Assembly (NCBI GenBank): GCA_017499595.2
Contig: CM038998.1
Coordinates: forward strand, 4,526,001-4,590,000
DNA from: Psilocybe cubensis
Lineage: Eukaryota
Direction of reading: 5' to 3'
DNA length: 64,000 nucleotides
Shown here: positions 62,790-64,000 of the stretch, one piece after another
Layout: each line of letters opens with the position of its first letter
Position numbering within the stretch: the first letter of the stretch is position 1
Notes under the pieces: model-generated
The model's input: only the letters and a program-made list of their open reading frames with translations
What the model was told of the DNA's origin: nothing
Databases searched by the model: none
Translations under genes and position numbers: made by a program

Positions 62790-64000
62790 TCAACTGAACG
62801 TAGAATTGAGGAACATCAACAAATCCTGCCTGTTAACATCCCTCTCTCGATCGGTTTTGTCCTTCTTCACTTTAAGCTTGATCTATTCACCCAAAGAAAA
62901 AAAAAAAGGTCAGAAAACATGCCCGTGGCATATCATAATTAACAAACGCGAAAGTGCGTACCCTTTTACCAGTCAAAACGCTGCGCCTCTCTTCATCTTT
63001 CTCCTTCTTCTCTTTCTTATGCTTCCTCTCCTTATCTTTTTCCTTATCCTTGCGCTTCCTTCTCTTGCGATCACGCGAATCCGAGCGGTCCCTTCGCTTG
63101 CGCTTATGCTTATCTTTCTCTCGTTCTTTCTCACCGTCCCTATCTCTGTGAGAATGCGAGTGAGAGTGCGAGCGGTGCCTTTTCGAGTGACTGCGGTGTC
63201 GCGATGAAGACCCATGGCGACGCGAATGCGAATGATCGTCCGACGATGAAGTCGAGGAAGACGAAGAGGAGGAAGATGAAGCCGAACGCGAGGAAACAGA
63301 CGCAGAGGAACGAGTGGGCGAGCGTCCCCGGCGATGCTCGTCCTTCTGCGGACGCGAGCTATCGCGGTAAGAAACTTCGTCGACGCGAGAACGGGAGTGC
63401 GAGTGAGACCGGCGTTCTCGTTCGTTGCTCCTGTCACGACGGCGGTGACGACCTTGGTCACCCTCGCGCTCATGTTCGGAGGGGGTAATCATTCCTTCTG
63501 CCTATGTATACATGCGTACAGGAGTTAGAGTGCATTTAACGTACACCTTCGAAGATTAGCGTCCCTTAATTATTTGTGAATCTATGAACACGTACCATGT
63601 CCCTGTGATTCTTGGAGTATGAAATATGTCGGTCATCTTCTTCATTATAATTTCCTCTTCGATATGAATGGGAATGGGAATGAGTGGAACTCTGATATAT
63701 GGTTTACGTGTCAGCAATACGCTTAAACATAAAAAGTCTACTTACTTCGTGACGATAACGATGCCTCGATAAAGAGTGTTCCTCTTCCCTTCTTTCCTTG
63801 GCCTGACCACCACGTGTTTCTTCTTCAACATCCTGGTATTCTTTTCGACTGCGATGTCGATCATGATTGTGCTCTTGACCTATAGAATGCGGTTCCTCCC
63901 GGTGCATGTCTCGATGGCGCACTGGTGACGACCTGTGTATATGCTTGCGGCCCGAAGAGTCTATATCACGCGTATGTGAAGAATCTCGAGGGAAATCCGT
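62790..64000 (-). CDS. Arg/Ser/Lys-rich protein (5' part outside the window)
   Basis: RS/RD/HS-rich exons; spliced last exon RRSVLTGKR|IKLKVKKDKTDRERDVNRQDLLMFLNSTFS* (TGA 62792-62790). Confidence 0.7.

Overview
Eukaryotic DNA from a mushroom-forming basidiomycete (agaricomycete-type genes, short GT-AG introns of about 45-60 nt). The main structure is a five-deep nest of mobile elements, 13071-30064, that splits the last exon of a Gre2-like NAD(P)-dependent reductase gene. From outside in: (1) a TIR element with a 6-bp TSD (AAGATC); (2) a Helitron2/Helentron-like element carrying a putative OB-fold gene and an F-box-like + nucleotidyltransferase-like gene; (3) a second element of that family in the opposite orientation; (4) a TIR DNA transposon encoding a 988-aa DDE-type transposase I cannot assign to a superfamily; (5) a young, CpG-free, self-priming chromodomain Gypsy retrotransposon. 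Removing layers 1, 2, 3 and 5 restores an open reading frame or splice site at each junction. Host genes: a PSD/PsiD-family decarboxylase, a very large disordered protein, Gre2-like reductases (2 intact, 1 disrupted, 3 relics), a type I metacaspase, four intronless F-box-like genes, a TPR protein, a single-pass membrane protein, a Cys-based phosphatase and a partial RS-rich gene. All calls come from reading the sequence and recalling motifs; no searches were run.
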